Positions 34,615 to 61,567 of a DNA stretch of 64,000 nt are shown one piece after another. The DNA lies in contig OZ037766.1 of the NCBI GenBank assembly GCA_964035545.1, positions 25,656,339 through 25,720,338 of the forward strand, given 5' to 3'. The notes under the pieces are model-generated. The model made no database searches. It was given only the letters and a program-made list of their open reading frames with translations, and was not told where the DNA came from. The DNA comes from Bugula neritina. Its lineage: Eukaryota; Animalia; Bryozoa. Made by a program: the position numbers and the translations under genes. Position 1 is the first letter of the stretch. Every line of letters starts with the position of its first letter.

Positions 34615-36162
34615 AATTTATTAAACATTTAGTAACATGCATGGTGGGCCTAAAATGTTTTGTATCATAAAAATATGCCTATATTATGTCACAGCACTGC
34701 GATTATTTCGTATATGCCTATAAATAGCATCATATACATTGTAATATAATGTGTTTCCTACAATTTTTAATGCTTTTATCATAATATGACAGATGCGCCA
34801 AATGGTGATGGAACCATCAATCTTATTATTTCCTTAAACTTAATGTTCTATAAATACTTCATTATAATGTCTAATTCGTTAATTCGATAAATTATTTCTT
34901 GAATATAGCTCCATGTAATAAGAAATAATTTATTATAGGCAGGCATAAGAGCCGACCCCTACTGAGAGAAAAGCAACGTACGGCTTTATATGATCAAGCT
35001 ATGTTAATTGCCAACCTACACGATAATATTGCCTCTGTGCTGATGATGGTGTGGTAGAGATAGAATAGGTTGTGTTAGGTTGCAGATGACACCAAGTGGG
35101 ACTGGCATACGTATCGCTGAATCACTCACTCTCTACTTGCCTGAGTATTGGTCTAGCGTTAATCATAATTTATTACTTTGTTGGTAGTGGAGTTAAAGGT
35201 ATACATTCACCATAATACATTATGTATGTGGAGGCGATACATGCTTTTCTAGCGTTTCAAAACCCATCTTATAACTTATATATTTTGACAAACAAATGTG
35301 CCTATGGATTACATATTCTAGTGCATAGATGGAGCTTATGCTTATGCAATCATGAGCTGCTTGTGTTAAAAAAACTTAGCATGGAAGCCTAAAGTTAGAA
35401 AATATTTTAATGCACGATATATGATGATATTTTAACCTATTTTACTTTGATACAAAATTTGCTCTTTTAAATTTCACCAACAGTTTGCAAGCTTTGCAAC
35501 ATTTAAACTATATTATAACTTCAGAAATTTAATTTTTGTGATTGGTAATACTATGTTAATTTCTGATTTAGATTTTAGTATTTCATATTGATGTGTTATA
35601 ATTGTAATGCACTTTTCTTGTGCACAAACATTCGATTAGTATAAAATTCTGAAGCCATTGTTGCTATTTTAGTTTTTGGTGTTATATATCCAACAGAAAA
35701 GCTTTAGATGCTGGATCAGTGTTACAAATGACTTATTCTTGTCTGCTATTTTGATTAGAAAGCCAAGTACGAGTCCTATTAGCAGTCAATGTGAAACTGT
35801 GCATTTGTGACCTTAAAATTCCTGGGTTCTCATTACAGCATATGATAGTATCACTACTGCTCAGTTGGGTTTAATTAAAAGGTCTTTTAATAGAAAAACT
35901 TGAAAATTAGTTAAAACGCCCCTAAAGTTTACGCGGATCTTCCCATTAACATATGTAAGAAGCAAGAGTAAGGTTGTCATTAGTTTATTATAAAACGAAT
36001 AAGTGCAAACAACAGGGTATGCATTGAATTAAGTTACTAGATATAATAGCCTTAACTATAGAGATTGTCTATTTGTCTGATTTTGTATACAAGTTATATT
36101 TTAATTTCACAAAATTCTCTAAAATATTGCATTCAAATAAAGTTGAGTGGCAAACTTAATAA

Positions 36163-36221
36163 AGTAATATTAGCTGCTAAGATAATATTAGCTGCTAAGA
36201 TAATATTAGCTGCTAAGATAA
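36163..36221. repeat. 18-bp tandem repeat x3 (taatattagctgctaaga)
   Basis: Directly visible. Confidence 0.85.
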
Positions 36222-36750
36222 TAGGTGAAATAATTACATGGATAAATTTTGGTGCAGAATTTAGTAAAGAAATCAAATGAAGGAAGGAAAAATTTTGTTA
36301 CAATCATAATATATAATATAATATGCAAATGTTAAAATTTAAACATTTTGAAAATGTTTAATACTGGAACCATGATACAAAAATACAGTGAATGAGATTC
36401 TACTACAAGTGTGCATTACTTGCTTCTAAAACATATAAATTAACACGATATAGAAATAATAAATAGGTACTACCGGAGTTCCTGGTGAAAGTGTTTTAAC
36501 GCTGCTAAATCATATAAAGGTGAATTTGATAAACTCAGCCTAACATAGATTTTGTCTGAATTTAGCGAAAAAATTTAAAAAGCATATTTTGTCAGCATAT
36601 GAAGGCAACAGCAAAAGAAACTTCAAGAATGCAATACAGTTTTATGAAATGGTGCATTAGCTTATAGAAAACTATAACCAACAAATAAAAAACAACTTAG
36701 AAACAAGTTAATGCTGGCTAGCAGAGTGATTGACAGCTTGCTTCATTTCT

Positions 36751-47378
<10,628 letters not shown>

Positions 47379-50300
47379 ATTGATTTAGTAATTCATTCAA
47401 TCCTAAAACCAAAATAACCCAATCAATCATATTATATTTACAATGAGTTTGTAATACTTAAGATTATTAGAGGCAGGGTTAATACTATTAACCTATTAGC
47501 ATATAACATGTTTATGTGGTGGAAGTTACTTTCTTACTAAGAATGTCATATTGTACATAAATCTTTTCACACAATTTAAGGCTGGCCAATGGAGCAATTG
47601 TTCAGGCAATAAAATCGTTTTACCAAGTGACTCACTCTATAGTGCTTGAGATGAATCTCATTTTACCACCAAAGACTGTTCTTTGTTTAATTTTTGTAAT
47701 GCTCCATAAATATTCATGGGGAAAAAGACATGACAGTACTGGCAATGAAAACATAGGTTTAAAGCAGCACACACGTATGCTCTAAAGTAACACTTGCACA
47801 CATATTAATAGCATACGAAATAACTATCTTCAAGCTAACTGCCATGAAGATTTCCAAAATAAAGTTTACCATCAACTGCTAGGAATATAGCAGACATGCT
47901 GCAATGACCTAAAAAGGCATCTTCTCTATAAAAATGGATCACAAGTTTTCGATCATGTGACTTGAAATGAGGAAGCTTGCCTAAACGTGTTATTGACTTG
48001 TTGCTTGCTGCTTTCAAGTAGAGAACTTCACAAATTCTTATCAGCAAAGCAAATATAGTTCAAATGTTTTTCATTCATGATATATTTCTTTGGACTCGCC
48101 TTACAATCAATGAGTGGTACACCATTGAGGTTGTTTAAACCAAACAAAACATCAAGTGCAACATTAGATCTAGTGATTTTTCCCTTTGTAATTTGTATGT
48201 ATTCACTGAATGGGTATGATAAATATACGGCATTCCTTCACAATAGCCTGTGAGCTATACTTTAGGTTGATAAAAGCCTAACTATAAATACAAATGAAAA
48301 TATCTTGATCACGGTCTATGTAAATTTCAGAAGAATTCTTGAGTAAGTTAACTAATAACATGTTTGTTGTGTATAAGCTTTTACAAGACTAGGTGGACTG
48401 TAGCTTATTCAGTGATGTTTTGAGGCCATCTCTAGAAATTGCAAGCTGCGAGGATATATTGTTGTTGTAGTTGTGTAGAGTGGTTTTGTATGTCTCAGGC
48501 AGTGTACAACATACTGCAGCTTTGACAGTTAAGGTTCCCTAACCCTATAACACGAACATCTAACCTACGTATCAAAACCAGCACACCAGCAACAAGTGGT
48601 AAAGTTTAAAAGGTAGATATGATGAGATGGCAGGGTGGGGAATGAGTTCTCCCCTTACTCTATCCACACTCTGCTAGAGAGAAATAAAAACGTAGATTCT
48701 GTAGGAAATATATGTATGTAACTGCCTGTAACCAACATGAGATTGCAGGTAGCTAAAAAGCTTCATTAGTAATTCAATAGTGGCTAGTCATTATGGCAAT
48801 GGTTTAATTATATAGAGACAATTGATATTTACTGTAACATAAATTTACATATCATAGTCAAACATCCTGTTGGTCTACCTTGGCTCTATCGATAGTTTCA
48901 CTTACCATTCCAACAGCATGCAGACTTATCTAGATATTATAGTGGCTATCAATGATAGATGATAGCAAATATGGTTGTTTATAGGTAGAAGTTTGAATCT
49001 AGGCCAGCAAAGTTTATATTTATCTCTCTCAGTTACTGGTACAAGTTTACAGTTCAGAAATTGACTTACATTGAGTAAGAGTTGCATAAGCTTTCAAGCT
49101 ACAAACTTACACTTACTTTTCTAAAATAGGTCAAGTTTGATTCTATAGAAAATATACTTTAAAATATGGCAAATGCCTGTGAAAGCTTTAGTGGTTACAA
49201 AGATAGCACTTACCAGTTTCCCTTGGACATAGGACTTAACCATTTCAATGTTCAAACTACCAGGATGTTTTGTAAACCACTAAAATACACATAACCTGCT
49301 GGGCTACGTACCAGCAAATGACCATTTTGTAGCACGCAGCTTAAAACCAGCTGTTGGCTCTCAGTTCTTGCAACAATTTTTATGATAATTGTTTCTTTTG
49401 TATTCTACTAAGCTTATAGTACAAGTAGCTGGCTATTATTAAGTCCTCAACATTAGCTCTTAGAAAAGACTTGCATTTAGCAAATAATCTGTGCAATTGT
49501 TACTTTATTCTACGTCTACTTAGGCGACCACAAACAAGCGCAAAATATTAAGCATCTTTTAAAATAGCCTAAGCTCATTTCCTAAGCTAGGTACAGATGA
49601 TTTCACAAATAATTAGAAATTCCAAGTTGTAAGTTCGAAGTGATTTGCAGGTTAATCCAACAAATAAATCTTCTTTTTACTAGAGAGTTAAATAATTTGC
49701 TTCAAATTTTCTGAAATATTTAACCTTCAATATTGAAGTAGTAGTCATAAAATTAGGCCATTTTAACTTTATAAAACTTAAGACTTACCAAATTTTACCT
49801 CTCGTTCACACTGCTCAGAAGAATTATGTCTAATTATGTAGAAACTAACTGTGTCAGCTCTGAAACCTCACAGCAGTAACCTTGTATAGTATAGTAGGAC
49901 TTCGAAATCTAAGGCTTCAAAATCTCTTTTATTCAAACTCTAATATAGTAGAGTTAACCTTACTTTTCAACTCTTTCCGATTTAAGTCAGTTTCATTTCA
50001 AATGCAACTGCCGCCGTGCATATATAATATAAGCAGTTGTATTTGCAGTAGTTCCACATATTTCTACTGCGCCGCCGTGTTTTGAAAAAAAGGGAGCCCT
50101 CGAAGGTGTACTCAAGTGGCCTAGCTATATCAATTTACTACTAAACCAACTGCTGCTCCATTCACAATCCCTCAAGTAGAGGCCTACTAGTAAATAATTT
50201 ATCCTTTCAAATCAATATGTCTCTCCTCCGTTGTGGTTAATTGAGGTAAAAGTGGTTATTAAAAGTGGGTGGTTATTGAATATTAATTAGTAACCTATTA

Positions 50301-53300
50301 TTATATACTAGCAAGATATAGCCATGGCGTTGAATAAGCAATTATATATTCTAACCACTATTTATAGGATTTTGCAGAGGTGAATAGCTTAATAAAGTGC
50401 TTATAAGTGAGCTGGAAATAGAAAAGCCTAAATACATGCAGGATGTAGAGACATTTAAGAAAGCTGAGACACACAGACAGAGCTAATAATAATCTAAGAC
50501 AGTCTTAATGCTATTTGCTCTTTCTACTTCAACATGTCTCAAAATTACATCACTATTACCACCTATACATGGTACATATAGTGATGTAAGTTTTGAATAG
50601 TTGAATGAAATAACTTTGTGACATGTAGCAGAAGTGTGATCTGCAGACACCTGTGAGAATTCCTAGCTAGTATAATATTGTTCTAGAGTCTAGATGAAAT
50701 TTTATCTATATTTATTTGATTTGCAATTTCAATAGTAAATCTTGTTATCAGGCTTCACTGCTGACCTTTTTGAAAAGATATAAAATTTCATGTCCCAATT
50801 GATTATTGTCAATATTTAAACAAAATTTTTTCACTTATACCTAAAAGTACAAGTAGTAGCACTAAATCTAATATTTCATTCACACTTTTTTACTTTTACA
50901 TGCTGTATCAATTCTGTTTTCTTACTTTTTTGTATGTCAAGATTGCAAATGATAACTTAATTTTTACTTTATGATATTAAGACATTAACTTTACATATTA
51001 TAATGTTTTCTATACTATAATAAAAGCTTCATTTAAAATAACAAAAAGAAAATGAAAATAAAAAATTACTGATGTTTTAATCACATGACAGGAAATAGAA
51101 AAAGGTTTTTAGCAGCTATAAGTAGCCTAATACTTACAGTTTAGTAGAGTGTTGAAACTTAAATCCGACAGCATATAAAGTCACCAACTGTGTGACACCA
51201 AATATTTAGAGATCCTGCTAACAAGTTCACAGCAGAAGGGAAATTAGTGAGAGCAATCCCAGGGGAATGTATAGCTTGTAGGGAAATATAATAATTGTAA
51301 TTTAATTAGTAATTGATCAAAGGTGTGCCTGCTTCAACCCCCAAGGTGACACTGACTGTATAGAGTTACCTATTTATTTACTGCAGTGCATTTCCAGTAG
51401 TCTACTGTAGTTCCCCAACAATAGCACTTGGCCAATGCATATTCTTATCAATTTTTCATTGAAAGATATGAACTCTACAATAGTCAGTTTAGACAAACTA
51501 TCTAAATATTTTTCATTGCCATTAAAGAATTATGTGTTTATAAAATATATTAAGCCATAAATTTGATTTTTATTTAAAAAACAAATATAAAATGTTGACT
51601 TTAAAATTTGAGTATGCACTTTATAAATCATTTCGACAATTTTATTGGTTTATGCTTTGTCATTTCTAAACTAACCAGTGAAATCATTCTCAGAAGAAAC
51701 ATAACCAGGTTTGAACTAAATTTTGTTTCAAGCTTTATATTGATCTATTTTAAGACTTGTGTAGATGACTGCTTTTGGGACTTACAGTATTTTCAGCTGG
51801 ACTTGTTATTCAGAGACCTCGCATTGTTATTTTCAATGCTTCTGTTTGAAATGCCTAAAATTCCAAATCAATAGGCTTACCATCAAACAAAGGTATTAAA
51901 ATGAATAATGCAAACAATCCAGCTCTGAGTTGAGACTAAAACAAAAGAAAAAATATAATGATAATTACTCATTTCAACAATTCGGCTGAAGGCATTGAAA
52001 AGCTGAGAAATAATGAATGTCAATTGAATGACCGGCTATCCAAGTATACAATCATGTTATTTTAATAAAAACTTTTGTATTATCTATTATGGTTATTTCC
52101 AGTAACTTCAGTTCTTATACACAGCTCAAGCCTATTGCTATAGGTTGCCCAAAATAAAATCCATGAGAAAACTGAAACTGAAGAATGTATTATAGCTGCT
52201 AGTATGTAAAAACCTTTATATGTGCAAGAAAAGATAACTCCTTATAATAGCAAAATATAGTTAATTGCCTAAACTCTATAAAGTCTGGACTCTAGCTCAA
52301 TAACTTCAAAAAGCAGTATGCTTTGAGCTTTGCAAGTTAAAAAAATTAATTTATTCCTCACTGCTTCTTATTACCACTTCTCACTGTTTTAATATTTTCA
52401 GGCAGCTGGTTTAACAAATAATATATAATAATTGCTAATTACTTATAGCATTTTGAACCCAGTTATAAATTTACCACCCTATGCAATCAAGACAGGGCAG
52501 TGAAGGACGAGGCATAGGTTTAGTAAAGGTGATTATAAACTTCTGTATTTAAAAATCATTATGCCTATTGTCATAGGAGTCAAAATGATTTAAATATAAT
52601 ATTTATTGAAAAATAAATGACTGCAGAAACTAGGAGTTGAAGATTTGCCTATCATAGTCATCATATTGTTAAGTTTTTCAAGCAATGCTCCATGATTTGT
52701 GTAACTTCATATCTAAAATTCAACTGGTGCACGAAGAACATTAAATTATAGCTGGAAGCATTTTGATATAAGTTTTGTCAAAATGCTTTATTATGGGTTT
52801 TTCTTACACTTATAAATGATTATATTTTTGTAGCTTTATTTCACAGGACTTTGAGGGAAGACAACTTACAAAGAATTCACTTGTATTTTGTCAGATTACA
52901 ATTGTGCTAGCTTGACTGTTAGTAATACTACAATAATCAGTAACTACTCTTTAAAATTATTATTTTCACAAACTTGTTTAAAACTACAACATAAGTTAGA
53001 TGACAAATGATTCTAAGCAAATATGGCTAAGTTTTCATCAATGTATCATCTATTTTTATCGCAAACGGGTTATTCTTGGTTATAAATATCTTATTTGCTT
53101 TAATTTACATATTTTTTATCCGTTATTATATATTAATTTTATATGCATACTGCAAATTTTCTCTGTCAAAATAAAATAATAGGTATGGTTCAAAACAAAA
53201 ATAATGTTTTTAATTTTGTGCAATTTATATTAACTAAACAATTCCTTTAAGCAGAATGTTTTTTATGGTTTTCTGAAACCTGCGTATAAAATAGTATAAT

Positions 53301-53851
53301 ATATACCTATTTAACAATAGCAAAGTATGTTTGAAATTAGCTTTAATTTTGCATAAATTGCCCAACTATAAGCTCCAACTATTCTTGCCAAAACTGAATA
53401 TATTATAAATCCTTCTAAGAAATATAAGATCTCACTCACAATTCATGTGTGCATGGTGCCTGACACATGATTGGCCTGTACTATGAAACAACTTCCAATG
53501 CAAATCAACAAGTCTGCAGTGAATTATCTCCACATCTCAAATATTACCCATGGCTCTATGTAATACAGTAGTACTAATTTCTTGCCTCTGATTCACTGGT
53601 AGTGAAAGTAAATTACTGGCAAGTTATTCTTGTTATTGCTTTAAGCAGTACACATCTGGACAACAATATCACACATATCTATTATATCGTGAAGTTTTAC
53701 AATATCTGTAATGCACCACTACCATACATTTATTTTGATTTCCATTAACCACGAGAAACTCAGAGTTTACATAGATTTTTGTATTGCTTTAAATATTTAT
53801 TTTGAAAAATTTATGTGTTTTACAAAATAAAAAGCTTGTGAATGTTCAAAG

Positions 53852-54627
53852 CTAAAGGCATACTATTTCACATATGGCCCAGGTCCTACAAGAAATTAAT
53901 TAATATGCATTTCAAATTTATATTATGACAAATAGCCATGCATAAACATAATAAGATTATAATACATAAAAGCTTTACATCTTAGCTATTTATATATTAC
54001 AGATGAGCCTAATAATATTTCATGACATTTGCAACTTTCCTACTTCATCTTTGCTCTATAATGTTATTTCTCAACTCATGTATAATGATGACTGTAACAA
54101 TGATCAAAACTACCACCAAAAGCTAATAGAAGTATAAAAAAGCAACACATTAAGTTAATGTTATTGGTAGAAATACTAATTTTTAAACAACAAAACAGAG
54201 AATTTTATGTATAACTTAAACAAAAAGTCAGAAAAATTTGCACAGGCTGTATGCACCAAATGATGTTTATGTATAAAAGTTTCACTTACATAAAACTATT
54301 TTCATTGCCTTGGCAACCACCATAAATAAATTTTCTGCATCTACCCCGAGAAAATCCATATCGAGGAATGTAAGCCTTACATGGGCCGGTTACAATGGGT
54401 AAGGAACAGGTGGGATCTGTAAGTACATCACGTAGTCATTACAAGTCAAAAAATCTTGAGCAACGAAAACATTCAAGTGAATATGAATTGCATTTATACT
54501 GCTTCGTGCAGATAAGTGTTTTTAGCTGTTGGTCTTTTGAAGTTAATAATGTACTCTTACCTCCATGAATAAACTGCACCAGACATGTGACTGAAATAAG
54601 CAAAGTTATAGCAACAATCGATTTCAT
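53852..54627 (-). CDS. Secreted single-domain Kunitz/BPTI protease inhibitor, copy 1 (75 aa, P1 Lys)
   Basis: Exons 54627-54561, 54416-54290, 53885-53852 give MKSIVAITLLISVTCLVQFIHG-DPTCSLPIVTGPCKAYIPRYGFSRGRCRKFIYGGCQGNENSFMTWAICEIVCL*: signal peptide, six Cys, GPC and FxYGGCxGNxNxF signatures. Confidence 0.93.
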
Positions 54628-55174
54628 CTTCAACAGTTATCTAGTGAAATATAACAAGTTAATAATATTATGTTTAGAATTGCACCCTTTATAATATAGT
54701 CTGCAAAACAGGTTACCAGGATGTTGTTGGGTACAAAACAGACCAATAAGAATAAGGCTAGGCTACACATATTTGATGTTGACCAAAAAAATTTAGAACC
54801 ACAGGATGGTAACGTTTTTTACATCATTCCAGCAAAACAACGTTTATGAAAAATACTTTTAAAAGCAATTTCAACCTCAAATAACAATGTAATAAAAGAA
54901 TGTATGTAAAAATAAAAAATATTACAATATAGAAGAAAAATTAATTACCATATTACCAATATTGCAAGTTTTTGCATGCACAGTCAATTAGTGTTTTAAA
55001 AATGAAGATATATAGTACACAGGTTAAAAATAAAATAATTATATTTGTTTTATTACTAAACCATATTCAGGTAAATGAGGTTAAGAATGACACATAGTCT
55101 AAGGTAGCTCACTATTAAAACACATCAAATGTTTTAGCTGTTTTATATAACATTTTAAAGCAGCCATGTTTTTT

Positions 55175-55290
55175 TTAATTAGAGGGTTTCCTAGCAACTG
55201 CTAGATCAAAGGTTGAATCTCAGCTGCAGGGCCATTGATGATGCCAGGAAGGCCCCCAGTCATAATATTTCCTGCATCACAGTGCAGTAA
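55175..55290 (+). mobile_element. Decayed SINE fragment
   Basis: ggttgaatctc...gatgatgccaggaaggcccccagtcataat resembles the B box and core of the 21617 SINE. Confidence 0.5.
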
Positions 55291-56536
55291 ACGAGATTTT
55301 GCCAGTTTTTAATTTATTACAACATTTAACAAGCATTATAGTTTATTCAAAAGTTTAGGTGTTCAAACACACAGTGTATAAATTGGCAAACCAACTTCTT
55401 TGCCAATTATAATGTATTCTGTCTGACTTTCTCGCTTCATTGTCTACTTTTCCTGTCTTATTATCTGGGTCTTAAGTTAAACAATTTTCAGATTAAGACA
55501 AATGCAATTTGATTTATTTTGCAGAGTAGATACAGCAGCTAGAGTAACATATAATATGTTCATATACTTAGAAAAATCTTTTTATAATTTTGATGCAGTG
55601 CTATAACTGTGCAAGACTACAGTCATCTATATAGGTAAGAAAGGTAAAAATTACAATGATTATGATACAATTGTAGGTGTTGAGTAAAAACTAGTAAAAA
55701 GAAAAAAGAGAACAAATGATGAGTCAACATATATTCATATAGTAGTTAATTGTTAGAATCTACACAAGCTGCTCACTTTTAAAAAATATTGGAAAACATT
55801 TTTGATGGGGAAATAATATATTTAGCATGGCATAACCCTTATAATTTATGAAAGGCACAAATTTAGAGATTAGGATCCATGGACCTTCACAAACATCGCA
55901 TGTGTCTAAATTATACTGCTACAATTTTCATAGGCTGGTGAGTAAAAATATAAAATGTCAAATGTCACTTTCGTGCTCAGTGTGTCTGCAATGCTCAAAT
56001 GTGATGGCAGAGATAATTTTGGCATATTTTCTACTGTTAATATAACATTATGAAATATTTGGCAGATGGGCAATTATGTGTGACACTCGTAAACTCAGTA
56101 CATAATTCTGATGGGTTAAAATAAAATTGTAAGTTCTGAGTAAAAGGTTTTATAGGTTTCATTCTCATCTATAAGAACCTACATAAACTTATATGTATAT
56201 GAAGGTGCACCATGATTATTAAACAGTTTTCGGTTTACTTATAGCAATTGTAATAACTTTTACACCACAAACATACAACAAAACACACTAGAGTGTGAGT
56301 TATGCTAACCTTGTCAAACCTATATTTAATGAAATGTTTAGCCATATAGATTACAATGTATCAAATGTATATGCTAATCCGTAGAGCTGCATACAACATA
56401 AATTTGTATAGTTTGTGTTGTTATTGCCCAAGAGGTAAGTAAGATGGTTGCCTTGTCATATATAGCAAGACGGAGCTAGTGTGAATTTTTTAGTTTATAT
56501 TATTGCTATAACACATAAGAAAAGTTACCATAATCT

Positions 56537-56623
56537 GCACTGGCACTGGTACTGGCACTGGTACTGGCACTGGTACTGGCACTGGCACTGGCACTGGTAC
56601 TGGCACTGGCACTGGCACTGGCA
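56537..56623. repeat. (TGGCAC/TGGTAC)n hexanucleotide repeat
   Basis: Directly visible; gives the spurious WH/WY ORF. Confidence 0.9.
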
Positions 56624-58630
56624 CGATGGCATTGCACTTTACCATAAACTGGCACACTTGCTTTCAATCATCCAGAAGCAGGTGCAGCTGTAAAAAGTTT
56701 TGGTTTTACATGCAAATGGCATTGAAGAAGTAAAAGCCTAGTAAATTTTCTGCAACTTTCAACTATTTAATTTTTCACCTTTGGTAAACATACTTTATTC
56801 TTTTAACTTACATTTAGTTAAGTGTGTAGTGAACGTGCTTTGCTGGTTGTTTGTCCAGATTTGATTTCTTATAGTAACAAATTTTGAAGTCCAATTACTC
56901 ACTCTTTAAAAACAAAGTAAGAGTACCAAATCAAAACTCTCTGCGTCCAGACTTTGCATGTTAACAACTATAATTCTCATTCATTATAGAGTCTTGTTAT
57001 GGGCTTGGTAAGAAAGTGTGTGCCTGGAAAGATAATTTCTTATAATAGAAAAACATTGGTAGATTAAACCAATAACTTCAAAAGCAGCATGCTTTAAACA
57101 TTGCAAGTTTAAAAAACAGTTTAATCCTTACCATTTCTTACAGTTTTAGTCTTTGCAGGTAACGGGTAGGTTAAAAAAACATTTTATATATATGTTGCTA
57201 ATTAGTTGCATTTTTAACTCAATCATATAAGTTTGCTAAGGCGGTATATATACACAAATTATTCTATAATTTTTTGTACAAATTATATATAGATTTATTA
57301 TCATATACTGTAAGCTAGTTTGTATTATTTGTATACCAATAGTAATAAAACAAGCTGAAAGTTAATGATGTACTTGCAAAAATTGTTTTATGTGTGACTG
57401 AAACTAGTTCGAACATTTTCATCTATAAAGAACAACTGAAGAACTATATAAGAACACCATGAAATAACTTTTATAAAGCAAGATGCATAATGAATTTTTG
57501 TTAAACAAAACAATAATTTTTTTTCTGCAACTTTATTTATAAAAGTTGCAAGAGAAAGTTTCACAAGATTTGAGAGAAGACAACATAAATAAATTTAGTA
57601 ATATCGTAAGAAAAACTAACTGAGTAACTACTAGTAACTACTCTTTTAAATTATAATTTCTAGAAAGTTGTTAAAGATTTTAATCTAAATTTGGTAAAAA
57701 CTAGTTCGAACACAATATTTGTATTCCGGCCCAAGATTGCATCACCTATTTCCATCACAGTATAATGTTAATTCTATAGTAATGTTCATCATATGCATAT
57801 ATTAATTTTTTTTTATCTATGTCATATATCCCTTTATATACATATACTGCAAATTTACTCTGTCAAAATAATATAATAAGTATAGGTGTGGTGCAAAACA
57901 AAATTAGGAAATGCCCTAAAATTTGTGTAATAAACAATTTTTAATAGATTGCTTAAATTATGAGTTTTCTCAAGTCATATCATAATAATATAATAGTAGT
58001 TAACCATGGCAAATTATATTCAAACAGAGATTTCATTGCATAACTTGTTTTTATATATTCGAAGCTCTGTTTTATTTTTGCAAGACTGTTTGTATTATAT
58101 GTTTCTATAAAGTATAAAATTTTACCCACAATTCATGGGCAGAGTTTGACCAATGATTGTTATCATACAAAACAACTTCCTATACAAATCACCATCTCAA
58201 ATCATCATATTATTTGCAGAAAACTATACCCAAACCTCAAATACTATCCAGAACTAGATATAGAGTGCCAAATGGTTCAAAATTTGCTCATTATTGTATG
58301 TGTAAACTCCATGCAACACAGCACTAATTTCTTGCCCTTATAGTCCACTGGTAGTGATAAAATATTAAATGCATGCGAAAGCTTAAAATAAATCACTTGT
58401 AAGTTATCTTTTTATTGTTCTAAACTGCATAGATTGGGACTAAAATGCAGTATCACAGATCATAATTACAATATTCGTAATTTAACAGTAGTACTCGCTG
58501 CCACTATTCACTTTGATTTCTAACAAATAAAAATGAATTGAAGTTATATAGACTTTTTTATTGCTATAAATCTTCATTAAAAAATTCATTTGCTTAACAC
58601 GGTAGAAAAACTTTTAAAAGTCCAAAATTA

Positions 58631-59781
<1,151 letters not shown>

Positions 59782-60112
59782 CTTTCACATTACTAGTACT
59801 AGTAGAATAATAACATATATTTGGAATTGCTCTTTATATTATATAGTTTGCCAAACACACTGAAGTAGGTTACACAAAAGACCAATAAAAATCAAGCTAC
59901 ATATAGTTGATATTAACCAATGAAATTTAGAACTACAACATGATATCCTCATCTGCAAGCTTTGAAATAAAAGGTAAAAACATCCTAGTCGCGTACGTAT
60001 TATGAGAATAAAGTACAATCCTGCCATATAAGGAAATATGACAGATTTAACTGTGATTGCAGTTGCTGCAAGCGACCACGGCTGAAACTTGTTTGACTTG
60101 TTTGTAAGCTTT

Positions 60113-60186
60113 AGTGTGTGTGTGTGGTGTGTGTGTGGTGTGTGTGTGGTGTGTGTGTGGTGTGTTTGTGTGGTGTGTGTGTGTGT

Positions 60187-60229
<43 letters not shown>

Positions 60230-60243
60230 GTGTGTGTGTGTGT

Positions 60244-60290
<47 letters not shown>

Positions 60291-60392
60291 TGGTGTGTGT
60301 GGTGTGTGTGTGTGGTGTGTGGTGTGGTGTGTGTGGTGTGTGTGGTGTGTGTGGTGTGTGTGGTGTGTGTGTGTGGTGTGTGGTGTGGTGTG

Positions 60393-60423
<31 letters not shown>

Positions 60424-60512
60424 TGTGTGTGGTGTGTGTGTGTGTGTGGTGTGTGGTGTGGGGTGTGTGTGTGTGTGTGTGTGTGGTATGTGTGTGTGGT
60501 GTGTGTGTGTGT

Positions 60513-60553
<41 letters not shown>

Positions 60554-60800
60554 GTGTGTGGTGTGGTGTGTGTGTGTGTGTGTGTGTGGTGTGTGTGTGT
60601 GTGGTGTGTGTGTGTGGTGTGTGTGTGTCGTGTGTGTGTGTGTGTGGTGTGTGTGTGTGTGGTGTGTGTGTGTGTGTGTGGTGTGTGTGTGGTGTGTGTG
60701 GTGTGTGTGGTGTGTGTGGTGTGTGTGTGTGTGTGTGTGGTGTGTGTGTGGTGTGTGTGGTGTGTGTGGTGTGTGTGGTGTGTGTGTGTGTGTGTGTGTC
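60113..60800. repeat. Long (TG)n/(TGTGG)n compound microsatellite
   Basis: Directly visible, ~690 bp. Confidence 0.95.
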
Positions 60801-61406
60801 CGTCCGTGCGTGTTTGTAACCTCCAAGTATTATCAATAATTCATAAGAAGTTCATCTTTTACCTTTAGCAGGTTTTTGAAAGCTAAAAATGTTTCTGGTG
60901 CAGCTCTGGAGTCACATTTTAAGAAAGCATTTCCTTTTTAGAGTCAGTTAACAGTAACACCATAATTGTATGTCAGGACTTTCATTTTCTATAGCCTTGG
61001 CAATCTTGTTTAGAATGCTTAAAATTAATTTCGAAACACTTTTACTGGATAATAACTTGTCCTAATATAAGTGCACTTGCTGAAGTATGTTTTTATTTTA
61101 ATAGGATGTCCGTAGAAATAGAAATGTTGCCATTTCTATTAAAAATAAGCGAATACGCTAACGTGCCAATATTGTGTCATATGTGTAATAAGGAATGAAG
61201 AAACAGTGCCATTTTGTGATTAGTATATAATAACAAGGTTTGAAATACAGCTATATTTGAACTGCTAGAAGCTAAGCAACTGAGTTGCTGATCGCCATAT
61301 AATAATTATATTTTACCTGACTAGCTTCAAAACTGAGCAGTTTTTCTAACTTACCTATGCCTAATCTTTTCAGGATTTTTCATGCTTTCATGCATTTTTT
61401 TTTCTA

Positions 61407-61567
<161 letters not shown>

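Noticed and set aside
48900-51935. Candidate 5' UTR exons of the FERM gene (donor-like sites near 49213, 49789, 51137, 51880)
   Set aside because: Plausible splice signals but non-coding; cannot be resolved without transcripts.
53430-53480. Alternative third exon for Kunitz copy 1 (TGQSCVRHH...)
   Set aside because: Lacks the CxxxC spacing and is not conserved in copy 2; exon 53885-53852 fits exactly.
56481-56693. Trp/His-repeat peptide ORF
   Set aside because: Product of a hexamer microsatellite with a GTG start; no supporting gene structure.
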